Assembly: GCA_963741855.1 (NCBI GenBank)
Contig: CAVUJQ010000001.1
Span: forward strand, 269,595 to 301,594
Reading direction: 5' to 3'
DNA from: an uncultured Actinomycetes bacterium
Lineage (GTDB): Bacteria > Actinomycetota > Nitriliruptoria > Nitriliruptorales > Nitriliruptoraceae
DNA length: 32,000 nucleotides
Made by a program: the position numbers and the translations under genes. Under the pieces are notes generated by a model that was given only the letters and a program-made list of their open reading frames with translations, did no database searches and was not told the DNA's origin. The stretch's first letter is position 1, and each line of letters begins with the position of its first letter. Shown piece by piece: positions 1 to 11,231 of the stretch.

Positions 1-1226
1 CCACCAGACGATCTTCTCCGGTCCGGTACCGGCCGGGTTCCCGGCCCCGCTCCTGACCGACTACCCCGAGATCGTCTACTACTGCTTCAACAAGGTCGCC
101 GAGGCGCAGTGCTCGCGCTCGCTCGACGGCGGGCTGACGTTCACCCGTACCGGCGCGCCGGCGTTCGCCGGGTTCGACCCCGCCCTCGGCGGCCTGTGCG
201 GTGGCCTCCACGGCCACATCGCGACCGACAGCGAGGGCCGGCTGTTCCTGCCCAAGGGTCACTGCGGCACGCCGTGGCTCGGCATCTCCGAGGACGCCGG
301 CACGACCTGGGAGCAGGTCCAGGTCGTCCGCGCGACGTCGGCTTCCCCGAGCAGCAGGCCTCGGTGGCCGCGACGCCGAGGACAACCTCTACTACGCCTG
401 GTACGACGAGGTGCGAGCAGCTGCCGTACCTGGCGGTCTCCACCGACCACGGCCGGACCTGGAGCCAGCCCCGGATGATCGCCCCGCCGGGCGTCACCGA
501 GGTGCAGTGGCCGACCGTGGCAGCGGGTGACGCGGGCCGCATCACCGTCGGGTTCCCGTGCACCCGCGCCGACGGGCGACCTCGCGAAGTCGATCACCCG
601 GCCGTGGGACCACTGCGTCGTGGTCTCGACCGACGCCCTCGACCCGGACCCGCTGTTCCTGTCGAACATCACCAACGCGCCGACCGACCCGGTCCACCGC
701 GGCGAGTGCCCCGGACGCTGCGGCAACATGTACGACTTCCTCGACCTCATCGTCGCGCCCGCCGAGCGGCGGGGGAGACATCTGGGCCGCGTTCGTCGAC
801 ACCTGCACCGACACGCCCGTCATCGAGGACAACGGTGCGGACGGCGCCGCGAACACCGCCGACGACGTGCTGCTCCCCACCTGCAACGGGGACGCGAAGG
901 CCCCCGGCTTCGACGGCTCGAACGACAACGCCTCCGCCGACATGCGCGGCTTCGCGGCGCGTCAGGTGAGCGGACCGCGGATGTACGCCGCGGCCGCGCC
1001 GGCACCGGCACCGCGAGCCCGGCGGGTCGGGCGACACGCCGGGCCAACGCCGCCGACGCCGTCGCTGCCGACGACCGGTGGTGGGCTCGCGCTCCTCGGG
1101 GTCACTTCGCTCAGCGGCGCCGAGGTGCTGCGGCGCCGCCGACGCGACTGGTACGCCGTGCGGTTCACCTGCTACTGCTCGTCGAGCTCGGCGGTCGACG
1201 GGGCGGTACATCGCCGCGACGCGTGA
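1..1226 (+). pseudogene. Secreted BNR/Asp-box repeat protein (sialidase-like propeller). The 5' end lies outside the window. It carries a C-terminal LPTTGGG cell-wall sorting signal, and the reading frame is broken about 5 times as given.
   Basis: Asp-box motifs SLDGGLTF, SEDAGTTW (nt 287-310) and STDHGRTW (nt 439-462). Protein-like translation hops between frames: frame 2 (2 to ~330), frame 1 (RDVGFPEQQ), frame 3 (DAEDNLYYAWYDE), frame 1 (LAVSTDHGRTWSQPRMIAPPGVTEVQWPTVAAGDAGRITVGFP), frame 2 (~580-770, DLAKSITRPWDHCVVVSTDALDPDPLFLSN), then frame 3 (~775 onward, GGDIWAAFVDTCTDTPVIEDNG...LPTTGGG). The break near 771-775 is in a G5 run. No stop follows the RRRRR tail, and the first in-frame stop is at 1224-1226. 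Confidence 0.6.
1065..1145 (+). other. LPXTG-type sortase sorting signal (LPTTGGG, 15 hydrophobic residues, RRRRR)
   Basis: Direct translation gives LPTTGGGLALLGVTSLSGAEVLRRRRR, 27 aa. The architecture and length match the signals at 19797-19877 and 23807-23887. Confidence 0.7.
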
Positions 1227-1726
1227 GCTCGGGGCGGCGATCGGTAATCGCGGCGACGAGCTCGTCTACGGCGGGACCTCGGTCGGGCTGATGGGTGTGC
1301 TGTCCGCGCGCGGTCCGGGCTGCCGGCGGTCGCGTGACCGGCGTCATCCCCGAGCTGTTCGTCGAGCGGGAGCTCGCGGACCGCGACGCCGACGAGCTCG
1401 TGGTGACGCCGGCGATGGACGGCCGCAAGCAGGAGATGATCGCGCGCGCCGACGCCTTCGTGGCGCTCCCTGGCGGCTTCGGCACGCTCGAGGAGCTGAT
1501 GGAGGTGCTGACGCTGAAGCAGCTCGGCTACCACCGCAAGCCCATCGTCCTGCTGGACGTCGAGGGGTTCTGGGACCGGCTGCTGGCGTTCTTCGAGCAG
1601 CTCTACGGGAGCGGGTTCGCCGAGCCGGCTACGCGGAGCTCTACCACGTCGCGTCCGACGTCGAGCGACCTCCTCGACCACGTCGACGGCTACGACCCGG
1701 GGACGCTGCCGACCAAGCGGTGGTGA
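1158..1726 (+). pseudogene. LOG family protein (TIGR00730-type cytokinin riboside 5'-monophosphate phosphoribohydrolase / 'lysine decarboxylase-like'), with about 4 frame breaks as given
   Basis: Motifs are spread over three frames. These are VRFTCYCSSSSAVDG (frame 3, possible GTG start at 1158), RYIAATRELGAAIGNRGDELVYGGTSVGLMG (frame 1), AVRAAGGRVTGVIPELF...ALPGGFGTLEELMEVLTLKQLGYHRKPIVLLDVEGFWD (frame 2), GYAELYHVASDVE (frame 1) and DLLDHVDGYDPGTLPTKRW-stop (frame 2). PGGFGTLEE is the LOG signature. The start position is uncertain. Confidence 0.6.
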
Positions 1727-3019
1727 GGGTCGGCGGCGGGGGCCTGGTCCCGGATCCAGTCGCCGAGGTTGCGGACGGTCTCGGCGGGCGTGTCGCCCAC
1801 CGGCACGCCGCCCTGTGACGCGTCGTCGCCCGGCCCGCCCGCACCGGTGGCCCTCCGGTCCCGGCTCCGACGCCGGCGTGTCCGGTGTGGCGGGGGCGTC
1901 CTGCGACGGTGCGGTCGTGGTCCCGCCGGCGTTGACCGCCACGAGCGCCGCGACGACGAGCAGCGACGAGGACCGCGAGGGCGACCCACCGGCGGGCGGA
2001 GTCCGACAGGCGCCGTCGCGGACGCGCGGGTGCGGGGCTGTCGGAGACGACCCCGGCCGCCGGCGACGGGGGTCGTCCGCGGCGCCACGGCCCGCGTGGT
2101 CGGCGCCGCGTCGGCACCGGGAGCACCTGCGTCGCGTCCCGCGGCCGGGGCGGCAGCGGCAGCGGCCCGTCGCCGGTGAGGAGCTCGAGCGCGGCGTCGG
2201 CGGACGCGGGGCGGTTCTCGGGCCGCTTCGCGAGGCAGATCTGGAGGAGCCCGGGTCAGGCGGGGCGGGACGGTGTCGAGTCCATCCGCCGTGGGGATGT
2301 GCTCGAGCCCCGACCGGGGCGCCGCGTCGGGGCTCGGGGGCGGACCCGGTCAGGAGCTCGAGGAGGGTCGCGCCGAAGCCGTACAGGTCGGTGCGGACCG
2401 ACGCTGGCGCGCCGCCGGAGACGTTCGGGGGCGAGGTAGGGCAGGGTGCCCAGCACGATCCCGGTGCTTGCGTCATCTGCGGGAGCTCGGTCGCCTGGGC
2501 GACGCCGAAGTCGGTCACCTTGACGGTGCCGTCCGGCGCACGCATGCAGGTTGCCGGGCTTGAGGTCGCGGTGGAGCAGCCCCGCGGCGTGCGCTCGCGC
2601 GAGCCCCTGGAGCGCGTCGCGGGCGACGGCCTCGACCTGCGCGGCCGGCAACGTCCCGCGCTCGCGCGAGCAGCTCGGCGAGGCTCGGTCCGTCGACGAG
2701 CTCCATCACGAAGTACGGCCGCCCGTCGTCCTCGCCGACGTCGTAGACCTGCACGACGTTGGGGTGGGTGATGCGGGCCGCCGCCTGTGCCTCGCGCGCG
2801 AACCGCGCTCGAGCCTCGGCGTCGGCGGCGAGGTTGTCGGCCAGGAGCTTGATCGCGACGTCACGGCCCAGCAGGTCGTCGTGACCGCGGACCACGAGCC
2901 CCATACCGCCGCTGCCGAGCAGCTCGTCGAGCTGGTAGCGGCCGTCCGCGAGCGCGGGCGGGGCGCTCGGGGCGGGCGAGGGCGCGCGCGGCCCGGGGGT
3001 CGGGGGTGACCGCCGCCAT
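1690..3019 (-). pseudogene. Hanks-type Ser/Thr protein kinase with one transmembrane segment and a short extracellular tail, with about 9 frame breaks as given
   Basis: Kinase subdomains appear in order but alternate between frames: GSGGMGLVVRG..VAIKLL, HPNVVQVYD, FVMELVDGPSLAELL, HRDLKPGNL, VKVTDFG, GTLPYLAPE, DLYGFGATLLELLTG, LLQICLAKRPENRPASADAALELL, then a TM segment LLVVAALVAVNAGG. The ATG at 3019-3017 overlaps the upstream gene's stop (TGATG) and is itself out of frame with the kinase domain. The 3' end is approximate. Confidence 0.65.
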
Positions 3020-3437
3020 CAGTGGCCCTTGCCCTTGCCCTTCGGTCGCCTTGCCCTTCCGTCGCCTTGCCCTTCCGTCGTCCTTGCCCTTGCCCTCTCG
3101 CCCGGCGCGGGCTCGGGGCCGGCGCCGGCTGTGCGCGCTCGGGGTGCAGGTGACCGCGGCGTGCGGCCTCGCGGGTCGTGTCGATGATCTCGGCCGCGAC
3201 CGCCTGGGTGACGCTCCCGGCGTCCAGCGCGGCCCGCGTGTCCGCGACGAGCGCGCCGGCGGTCGTCGTGGGCGGCACAGCCGTCGCCGGTCTCGAGCTG
3301 GTCGGCGAGCGTGTGGTCCGAGCCGCGAGGTGCGCGGCGGTCACCGCGTCGATGGAAGCAGGCGTCGGCCGCCGCCACCGCAGCCGGCCAGGAGCAGGCT
3401 GAGCGCGGAGCACGACGAGGGGGAGACGGATGCTCAT
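3019..3437 (-). pseudogene. Small putative lipoprotein with a Lys/Gly-rich C-terminal tail, with at least 3 frame breaks as given
   Basis: ATG at 3437-3435 gives MSIRLPLVV. The lipobox-like SALSLLLAGCGGGG is in a second frame. The central ALVADTRAALDAGSVTQAVAAEIIDTTREAARRGH is back in the first frame, and the terminal PKGKGKGH-stop is in a third. The stop overlaps the kinase ATG. No family was recognised. Confidence 0.35.
3025..3096. repeat. GCCCTT hexamer array containing a perfect 16-nt tandem duplication (GTCGCCTTGCCCTTCC at 3045-3060 and 3061-3076)
   Basis: Read directly from the sequence. GCCCTT occurs three times at 3025-3042, then the two 16-nt units, then a degenerate third unit. It lies in the 3' end of the minus-strand lipoprotein gene, where it encodes the K/G-rich tail. 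Confidence 0.75.
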
Positions 3438-3785
3438 GAACCGGGGAGCGTACGTGCCGACAGGTGACGGTCCGGGAGGGGCCGACCTGTCCGCGGGCCC
3501 TGCGCCCTGAGTCGCTGGCACTCAGATGCGGAGAGTGCCAGGAACAGGCTGCGCCCTGGGGTACGTTCACCACTTCTACGGCGGATGACCGCCGCCGTCA
3601 CCCGAGCGCCCGCCGGCGCTGCCCAGGACGGCTGACAGCCCGCCGCACATCCGAGGTGGGTCAGGCGGCGAACCACCCACGGGAGCCGGAGGCCGCGAGG
3701 GACCGAGGCGTTACAGTGGGTCAGCGGTTGACGACACCCCTACCGTGGGAGACGTGCCGGCCGCTGATCGTGGGAGATCACGCAG

Positions 3786-6323
<2,538 letters not shown>

Positions 6324-6354
6324 CCGGCGCCGACGGACGACGACGGGACACGCA

Positions 6355-7008
6355 GTGAGCGGTGGCCTCATCGACTCGACGGAGATGTACCTCCGGACCA
6401 TCCTCGAGCTCGAGGAGGAGGGGGTCCCCGCCCTGCGCGCCCGCCTCGCCGAACGCCTCGAGCTGTCGGCGCCGTCGGTGTCGCAGGGCGTGGCCCGGCT
6501 GATCGACGACGGGTTGGTCTCGCTCGCCGACGACCGCGTCGTGGCGCTCACGCCGCCGGGGCGCGAACGAGCCACCCACGTGCTCCGCAAGCACCGCCTC
6601 GCGGAGCGGCTCCTCGTCGACGTGCTCGGCCTCGAGCACGAGTTCGTCCACGAGGAGGCGTGCCGCTGGGAACACGTCATCTCCGACCGGGTCGAGCAGA
6701 AGCTCCTCGAGTTCCTCGGCCACCCGACCACGAGCCCGTACGGCAACCCCATCCCGGGTGCGACCGCGACCGCCTACGACGTCCTGACCCTCGCCGACTC
6801 GGTCGGCGCGCGGGTCCGGATCGAGCGCATCTCGGAGCGTCTCCAGGGCAACGCCACCGTCATCCACGACCTCGACGAGCACGGCATCGACCCGGGTGAC
6901 GAGGTCGAGGTGGACCGCGGCGACGGCGGTATCGTCCTGCGCCGCGGCGACGTCGAGGTCGCCATCGGCGACGACGCCGCCCGGCTGCTGTTCGTCTCGG
7001 AGGTCTGA
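6355..7008 (+). CDS. ideR: DtxR/IdeR family metal-dependent transcriptional repressor with a C-terminal FeoA/SH3-like domain
   Basis: Intact 217-aa ORF with a GTG start. DSTEMYLRTILELEEEG, the HTH segment SVSQGVARL, and the metal-site motif HRLAERLLVDVLGL..VHEEACRWEHV closely match IdeR/DtxR as I recall them. Confidence 0.82.
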   Translation: MSGGLIDSTEMYLRTILELEEEGVPALRARLAERLELSAPSVSQGVARLIDDGLVSLADDRVVALTPPGRERATHVLRKHRLAERLLVDVLGLEHEFVHEEACRWEHVISDRVEQKLLEFLGHPTTSPYGNPIPGATATAYDVLTLADSVGARVRIERISERLQGNATVIHDLDEHGIDPGDEVEVDRGDGGIVLRRGDVEVAIGDDAARLLFVSEV

Positions 7009-7052
7009 GCCCCGCGCCGACCCGAGCCGGGAACCGACGCAGGAGCCTGGAG

Positions 7053-7958
7053 ATGTCCCGCGCGCCCGACGCGACCGCGTCCCGCGACGTCCCCGACCCG
7101 TTCGCGGACGACCTCCTCGGATGGGGGGACGCCGTCCGGCGTGACCTGCCGTGGCGCCGGACCCGCGACCCGTGGGCGATCCTGGTGAGCGAGCTGATGC
7201 TCCAGCAGACCCAGGTCGCCCGGGTCGAGCCGCGCTACCACGAGTTCCTGGACCGGTTCCCGACGCCGGCCGCCTGCGCCGACGCCGCGGTCGGTGAGGT
7301 CGTCCGGCTGTGGGACGGCCTCGGCTACAACCGCCGCGCCGTCCACCTCCACCGCGCCGCCACCGAGGTCGTGGCACGTCACGGCGGCGTGGTCCCGGAC
7401 ACGCTCGAGGAGCTCCTCGCGCTCCCCGGCGTCGGCCCGTACACCGCCCGGGCGGTGCTGGTGTTCGCCTTCGAACGTGACCACGGCGTCCTCGACACCA
7501 ACGCGGCGCGCATCCTGGCGCGGGCGGTGGCGGGCCGCCCCCTGGCGCGGCGCGAGGCCCAGGACCTCGCCGACGCCGTCGTCCCGGCGGGCGCGGCGTG
7601 GGCGTGGAACCAGTCGGTGCTCGACCTCGGTGCCACGGTCTGCGTCAAGCGGGCGCCGCGGTGCGGGGGCTGCCCGGTCGCCGCCCACTGCGCGTGGACG
7701 CGTGCCGGCCGGCCCGCACCCGATCCGGCGGACGGCACCGCCGGCGCCTCGGGTCGGCAGTCGAGCTTCGCGGGCTCCGACCGGGAGGGGCGCGGACGGC
7801 TCGTCAAGGCGCTCCGCACCGGGCCGATCGCGGCCGACCGGGTGGCCGACGTGACCGGCTGGACCGACGATCCCGAGCGGGCGCAGCGGGTCGCCGACGG
7901 TCTCGTCGTCGACGGTCTCGCCGAGTACGTCGACGGCGCGTTGGCGCTGCCGGCCTGA
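7053..7958 (+). CDS. mutY: A/G-specific adenine DNA glycosylase (MutY-like, HhH-GPD with a 4Fe-4S loop)
   Basis: Intact 301 aa. Motifs: WAILVSELMLQQTQV, the HhH segment LLALPGVGPYTARAVL, catalytic VLDTNAARIL, and the cluster loop C-x6-C-x2-C-x5-C (CVKRAPRCGGCPVAAHC). Confidence 0.85.
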   Translation: MSRAPDATASRDVPDPFADDLLGWGDAVRRDLPWRRTRDPWAILVSELMLQQTQVARVEPRYHEFLDRFPTPAACADAAVGEVVRLWDGLGYNRRAVHLHRAATEVVARHGGVVPDTLEELLALPGVGPYTARAVLVFAFERDHGVLDTNAARILARAVAGRPLARREAQDLADAVVPAGAAWAWNQSVLDLGATVCVKRAPRCGGCPVAAHCAWTRAGRPAPDPADGTAGASGRQSSFAGSDREGRGRLVKALRTGPIAADRVADVTGWTDDPERAQRVADGLVVDGLAEYVDGALALPA

Positions 7959-8081
7959 CCGTCCGGCGGTTCCGGCGCTCGACCCGGTCGCCCGACCGTC
8001 CCCTTCCCCGTCGGGGCGGAGGACGTCGGTTACGCTCGCGACGGACGCGCAGCGCACGTGCGTCACAGCAGGAGGCGACAC

Positions 8082-9152
8082 GTGGCGGAGGGCAAGCGCG
8101 ACGACGAGCTGATGGGGGTGCTCGCCATGCTCGCGCCGGGCACGATCCTGCGCGAGGGCGTCGAGCGTGTCATCCGTGCCGGTCGTGGTGCCCTGATCGT
8201 CGTCGGTTGGACCGCGGAGGTCGAACGGATCGTCTCCGGCGGCTTCATCATCGACACCAACTCCACCGCCCAGCGGATCTCCGAGCTCGCGAAGATGGAC
8301 GGGGCGCTGATCCTCGACGGCGACGCCGAGCGGATCCTCCGCGCCAACGTCCACCTCGTGCCCGACCCGTCGATCCCCACGTCGGAGACCGGGACCCGTC
8401 ACCGCTCCGCCGAGCGCGTCGCCAAGCAGACCAACCAGCCGACCATCTCGGTGTCGGAGTCGATGTCGATGGTGACCCTCTACCTCGGCGAGCGGAAGCG
8501 CGTGCTCGAGGAGGTGAGCTCGCTGCTGTTCCGGGCGAACCAGGGGCTCGCGACCCTCGAGCGCTACCGCGCCCGGCTCGACGAGGTCTCGGCCACGCTG
8601 TCGGCCCGGGAGGTCGAGGACTCGGTGTCGCTGCGCGACGTGGTCGTCACCCTCCAGCGGGCCGAGATGGTGCGCCGCATCGCCCGCGAGGTCGAGGACT
8701 ACGTCGGCGAGCTCGGCACCGAGGGCCGGCTCATCGAGCTCCAGCTCGACGAGCTGATGAGCTCGGTGGAGGAGGAGCGCGAGCTCATCGTCCAGGACTA
8801 CGTCGCCGATCGCCGGCGCAAGCTCTCCGGCCCGCTCTCCGACCTCGACGAGCTCGACACCGACGACCTCCTCGACCTCGACCGCATCGCGGCCGCGCTC
8901 GGCTACGAGGAGGACGGGCCGCTCGACCGCGGCGTCACCCCCCGCGGGTTCCGGCTCCTGCACAAGATCCCACGCCTGCCGGACCCGGTCATCGCCAAGC
9001 TCGTCTCCCGGTTCAAGGACCTCCAGCGCGTCATGGAAGCCTCGCTCGAGGACCTCGACGAGGTCGAGGGTGTCGGCGAGACCCGGGCCCGCTCGATCCA
9101 GGACGGGCTGCGACGCCTCGCGGAATCCTCCCTGCTCGAACGCTACGTGTGA
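8082..9152 (+). CDS. disA: DNA integrity scanning protein DisA (diadenylate cyclase)
   Basis: DAC-domain motifs DGALIL and GTRHRSAERV, a helical linker, and a C-terminal HhH (LEDLDEVEGVGETRARSIQDGL). A GTG at 8082 follows AGGAGG (8070-8075). The ORF-track alternative start is 8058. Confidence 0.93.
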   Translation: MAEGKRDDELMGVLAMLAPGTILREGVERVIRAGRGALIVVGWTAEVERIVSGGFIIDTNSTAQRISELAKMDGALILDGDAERILRANVHLVPDPSIPTSETGTRHRSAERVAKQTNQPTISVSESMSMVTLYLGERKRVLEEVSSLLFRANQGLATLERYRARLDEVSATLSAREVEDSVSLRDVVVTLQRAEMVRRIAREVEDYVGELGTEGRLIELQLDELMSSVEEERELIVQDYVADRRRKLSGPLSDLDELDTDDLLDLDRIAAALGYEEDGPLDRGVTPRGFRLLHKIPRLPDPVIAKLVSRFKDLQRVMEASLEDLDEVEGVGETRARSIQDGLRRLAESSLLERYV

Positions 9153-9540
9153 CCGCGCTTCCCACGGCCGGTGACGGCGCCGCCCCGACCGGCCGGGACG
9201 GGTAGCACGGATGGGCTAGACACCGCCCCGAACCCCCCTCTGACCTGCGGTTTCAGGTGGACGCTGGGCCTAGCCCTGTGCTAGTGTCCCGGGACGTTCG
9301 ACCCACCCAGTGCCGTGGAGCGGAGGGGAACGCTGGCACCGTCTGGTTGACGCGGGAACGCGGGATCTCGCCCCGTCGCGGCGTGCTGACGAGCACCTGA
9401 CACCGGTCAGCGCCGTCGCCTCCGGTGGGCCGGTCCGCCGCCCCCTGCCACCCCGTGCTTCGCGCCCGTGCCCCGCCTCCACGTGCCCGCCTGTCTGCCG
9501 GTGACGGCAGCACGCTCACCACGATCAAGGAGCTCCTCGC

Positions 9541-10035
9541 ATGGCCTACAGCGTCGGCGACACCGTCATCTACCCGCACCACGGCGCCGCGGTCATCGAG
9601 AAGAAGGAGGAGCGTGAGCTGAAGGGCGAGACGCGTGAGTACCTCGTCCTGCGGCTCACCTACGGCGACCTCACGTTGATGGTCCCCGCCGACTCCTGCG
9701 AGGAGGTCGGGATCCGCAACGTCGTCTCGAAGAAGGAGGTCGAGCAGGTGCTCGACGTCCTCCGTGAGCCCGAGGGCAAGGCGTCCGGGAACTGGTCGCG
9801 GCGCTTCAAGGCCAACTACGAGAAGCTGCGCTCCGGCGACATCTACCAGGTCGCCGAGGTCGTCCGGAACCTCGCCACGCGCGAGAAGGACAAGGGCCTG
9901 TCCGCCGGCGAGAAGCGCATGCTCACCAAGGCCAAGCAGATCCTCCTCTCCGAGCTCGCCGTGGCGATCAAGAAGAACGAGGAGAAGGCCGAGGAGCTCG
10001 TCGAGAAGGTCCTCGCCGACGCCCACGACCTGTAG
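9541..10035 (+). CDS. carD: CarD family RNA-polymerase-binding transcriptional regulator
   Basis: Intact 164 aa. The TRCF-RID-like N-terminus (YSVGDTVIYPHHGAAVIE) and the C-terminal helical domain with NWSRRFKANYEKLRSGD are typical of CarD. An AAGGAG Shine-Dalgarno lies upstream. Confidence 0.95.
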   Translation: MAYSVGDTVIYPHHGAAVIEKKEERELKGETREYLVLRLTYGDLTLMVPADSCEEVGIRNVVSKKEVEQVLDVLREPEGKASGNWSRRFKANYEKLRSGDIYQVAEVVRNLATREKDKGLSAGEKRMLTKAKQILLSELAVAIKKNEEKAEELVEKVLADAHDL

Positions 10036-10135
10036 GCGACCCTGCCGGGGCCGCACGGCCCCGCCGGTCACCTCCTCGCCGCTCGACCGGCCCGCCGAGG
10101 CCGTAGGCTGCGGGCGGTCACGGTGAGGAGTCGGC

Positions 10136-11231
10136 TTGGCGCGCGAGGAGACACGGGGCGGGCTCGTCGTCACCGAGCTGGTCCGTCTCGGCATCGTGGT
10201 GGTGTTGACCGCCGCCGGGTTCGCGCTCGGTCCCACCATCGCCGACCTGGTCGATGCGGACCCCGAGCGGACGAGCCTCCTGAGCTCGGTCCTCGGGGCG
10301 CTGTTCGGCTACCTCCTCGGCGGGGCGACGGGTCGCAAGGTGACCCGCAGCGTCGACGTCGCCCAGGAGCGGCTGCAGCGCATCGACTCGGCCGTGCTGA
10401 TCTCGTCGGTGATGGGCGCGACCCTGGCTGCGCTCCTCGGCGTCGTGCTCGTGCTGCCGCTGATGTTCCTGCCCGACGCGCACGGTCACGGTCCCGGTCG
10501 CGCTCGTCGTCATCGCCACCATCGGGTGGGTCGGCGGTCGGCTGGGAGCCTCCCGCGGCGGTGACCTGTCGCGCTACATCGGCGTGCGCGGCCGCGTCGA
10601 GGTCCGCTCGCCGAGCCGTGGTGGCGGGACCAAGCTGGTCGACTCGAGCGCGCTCATGGACGGTCGGCTGGTGGAGGTCGCCCGCGCCGGCTTCCTCGAG
10701 GGGACCCTCGTCGTGCCGCAGTTCGTGCTCGCCGAGGTGCAGGCGATGTCCGACGTCGAGGACAGCCGCCGGCGCAGCCTCGCCCGGCGCGGCCTCGACG
10801 CGCTGAAGCAGCTGCAGGAGGAGGGCCTCGTCGCGATCGAGATCACCGACGAGGACGTGCCGCAGCACCGCGAGGTCGACGCCAAGCTCGCGGCGCTGTG
10901 CCGCCAGCGACAGGCCGCGATGATCACCGTCGACGGCAACCTCGCACGCGTCGCCGAGATCGGCGGCGTCCGGGTGCTGAACGTGCACGGGCTCGCCGAG
11001 GCGCTGCGGCCACCCGTCATCCCGGGCGACCGGGTCGAGCTCCGCATCGTCAAGACCGGCACCGAGGCCGGCCAGGGCGTCGGCTACCTCGCCGACGGGA
11101 CGATGGTCGTCGTCGAGCGCGGCGCCGACCGGATGCAGGAGACCGTCGCCGCCGACGTGACCTCGATCATGCAGAACCGGCAGGGCCGGATGCTGTTCGC
11201 CAGCCTCGTCGAGGACGGAGCGACCAGGTGA
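10136..11231 (+). CDS. PIN/TRAM domain membrane protein (YacL-like), with one frame break near 10480 as given
   Basis: The N-terminal TM helices (10136-~10480, frame 2) continue without a stop in frame 3 as TVTVPVALVVIATIGWVGGRLG. A PIN-like segment follows (KLVDSSALMDGRLVEVARAGFLEGTLVVPQFVLAEVQ...ITVDGNLARVA), then a TRAM segment (GDRVELRIVKTGTEAGQGVGYLADGTMVVVE). The TTG start is tentative. Confidence 0.75.

Noticed and set aside
3025-3096. The short repeat array considered as a possible CRISPR or minisatellite locus.
   Set aside because: The units are 6 and 16 nt with no spacers. The array lies inside a coding tail and no cas genes are present.
3656-3727. GGTCAG-containing repeats considered as a CtsR operator, because the gene order is Firmicutes-like.
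   Set aside because: CtsR boxes are adjacent heptads (GGTCAAA-N3-GGTCAAA). Here the copies are 60 nt apart and differ from the heptad. No ctsR/mcsA/mcsB genes precede clpC. I kept this only as an unspecified repeat observation.
9285-9310. A GTTCGA-containing stretch that looked like a tRNA T-loop.
   Set aside because: The flanking 5-nt arms are not complementary on either strand. No acceptor or anticodon stems could be built around it.
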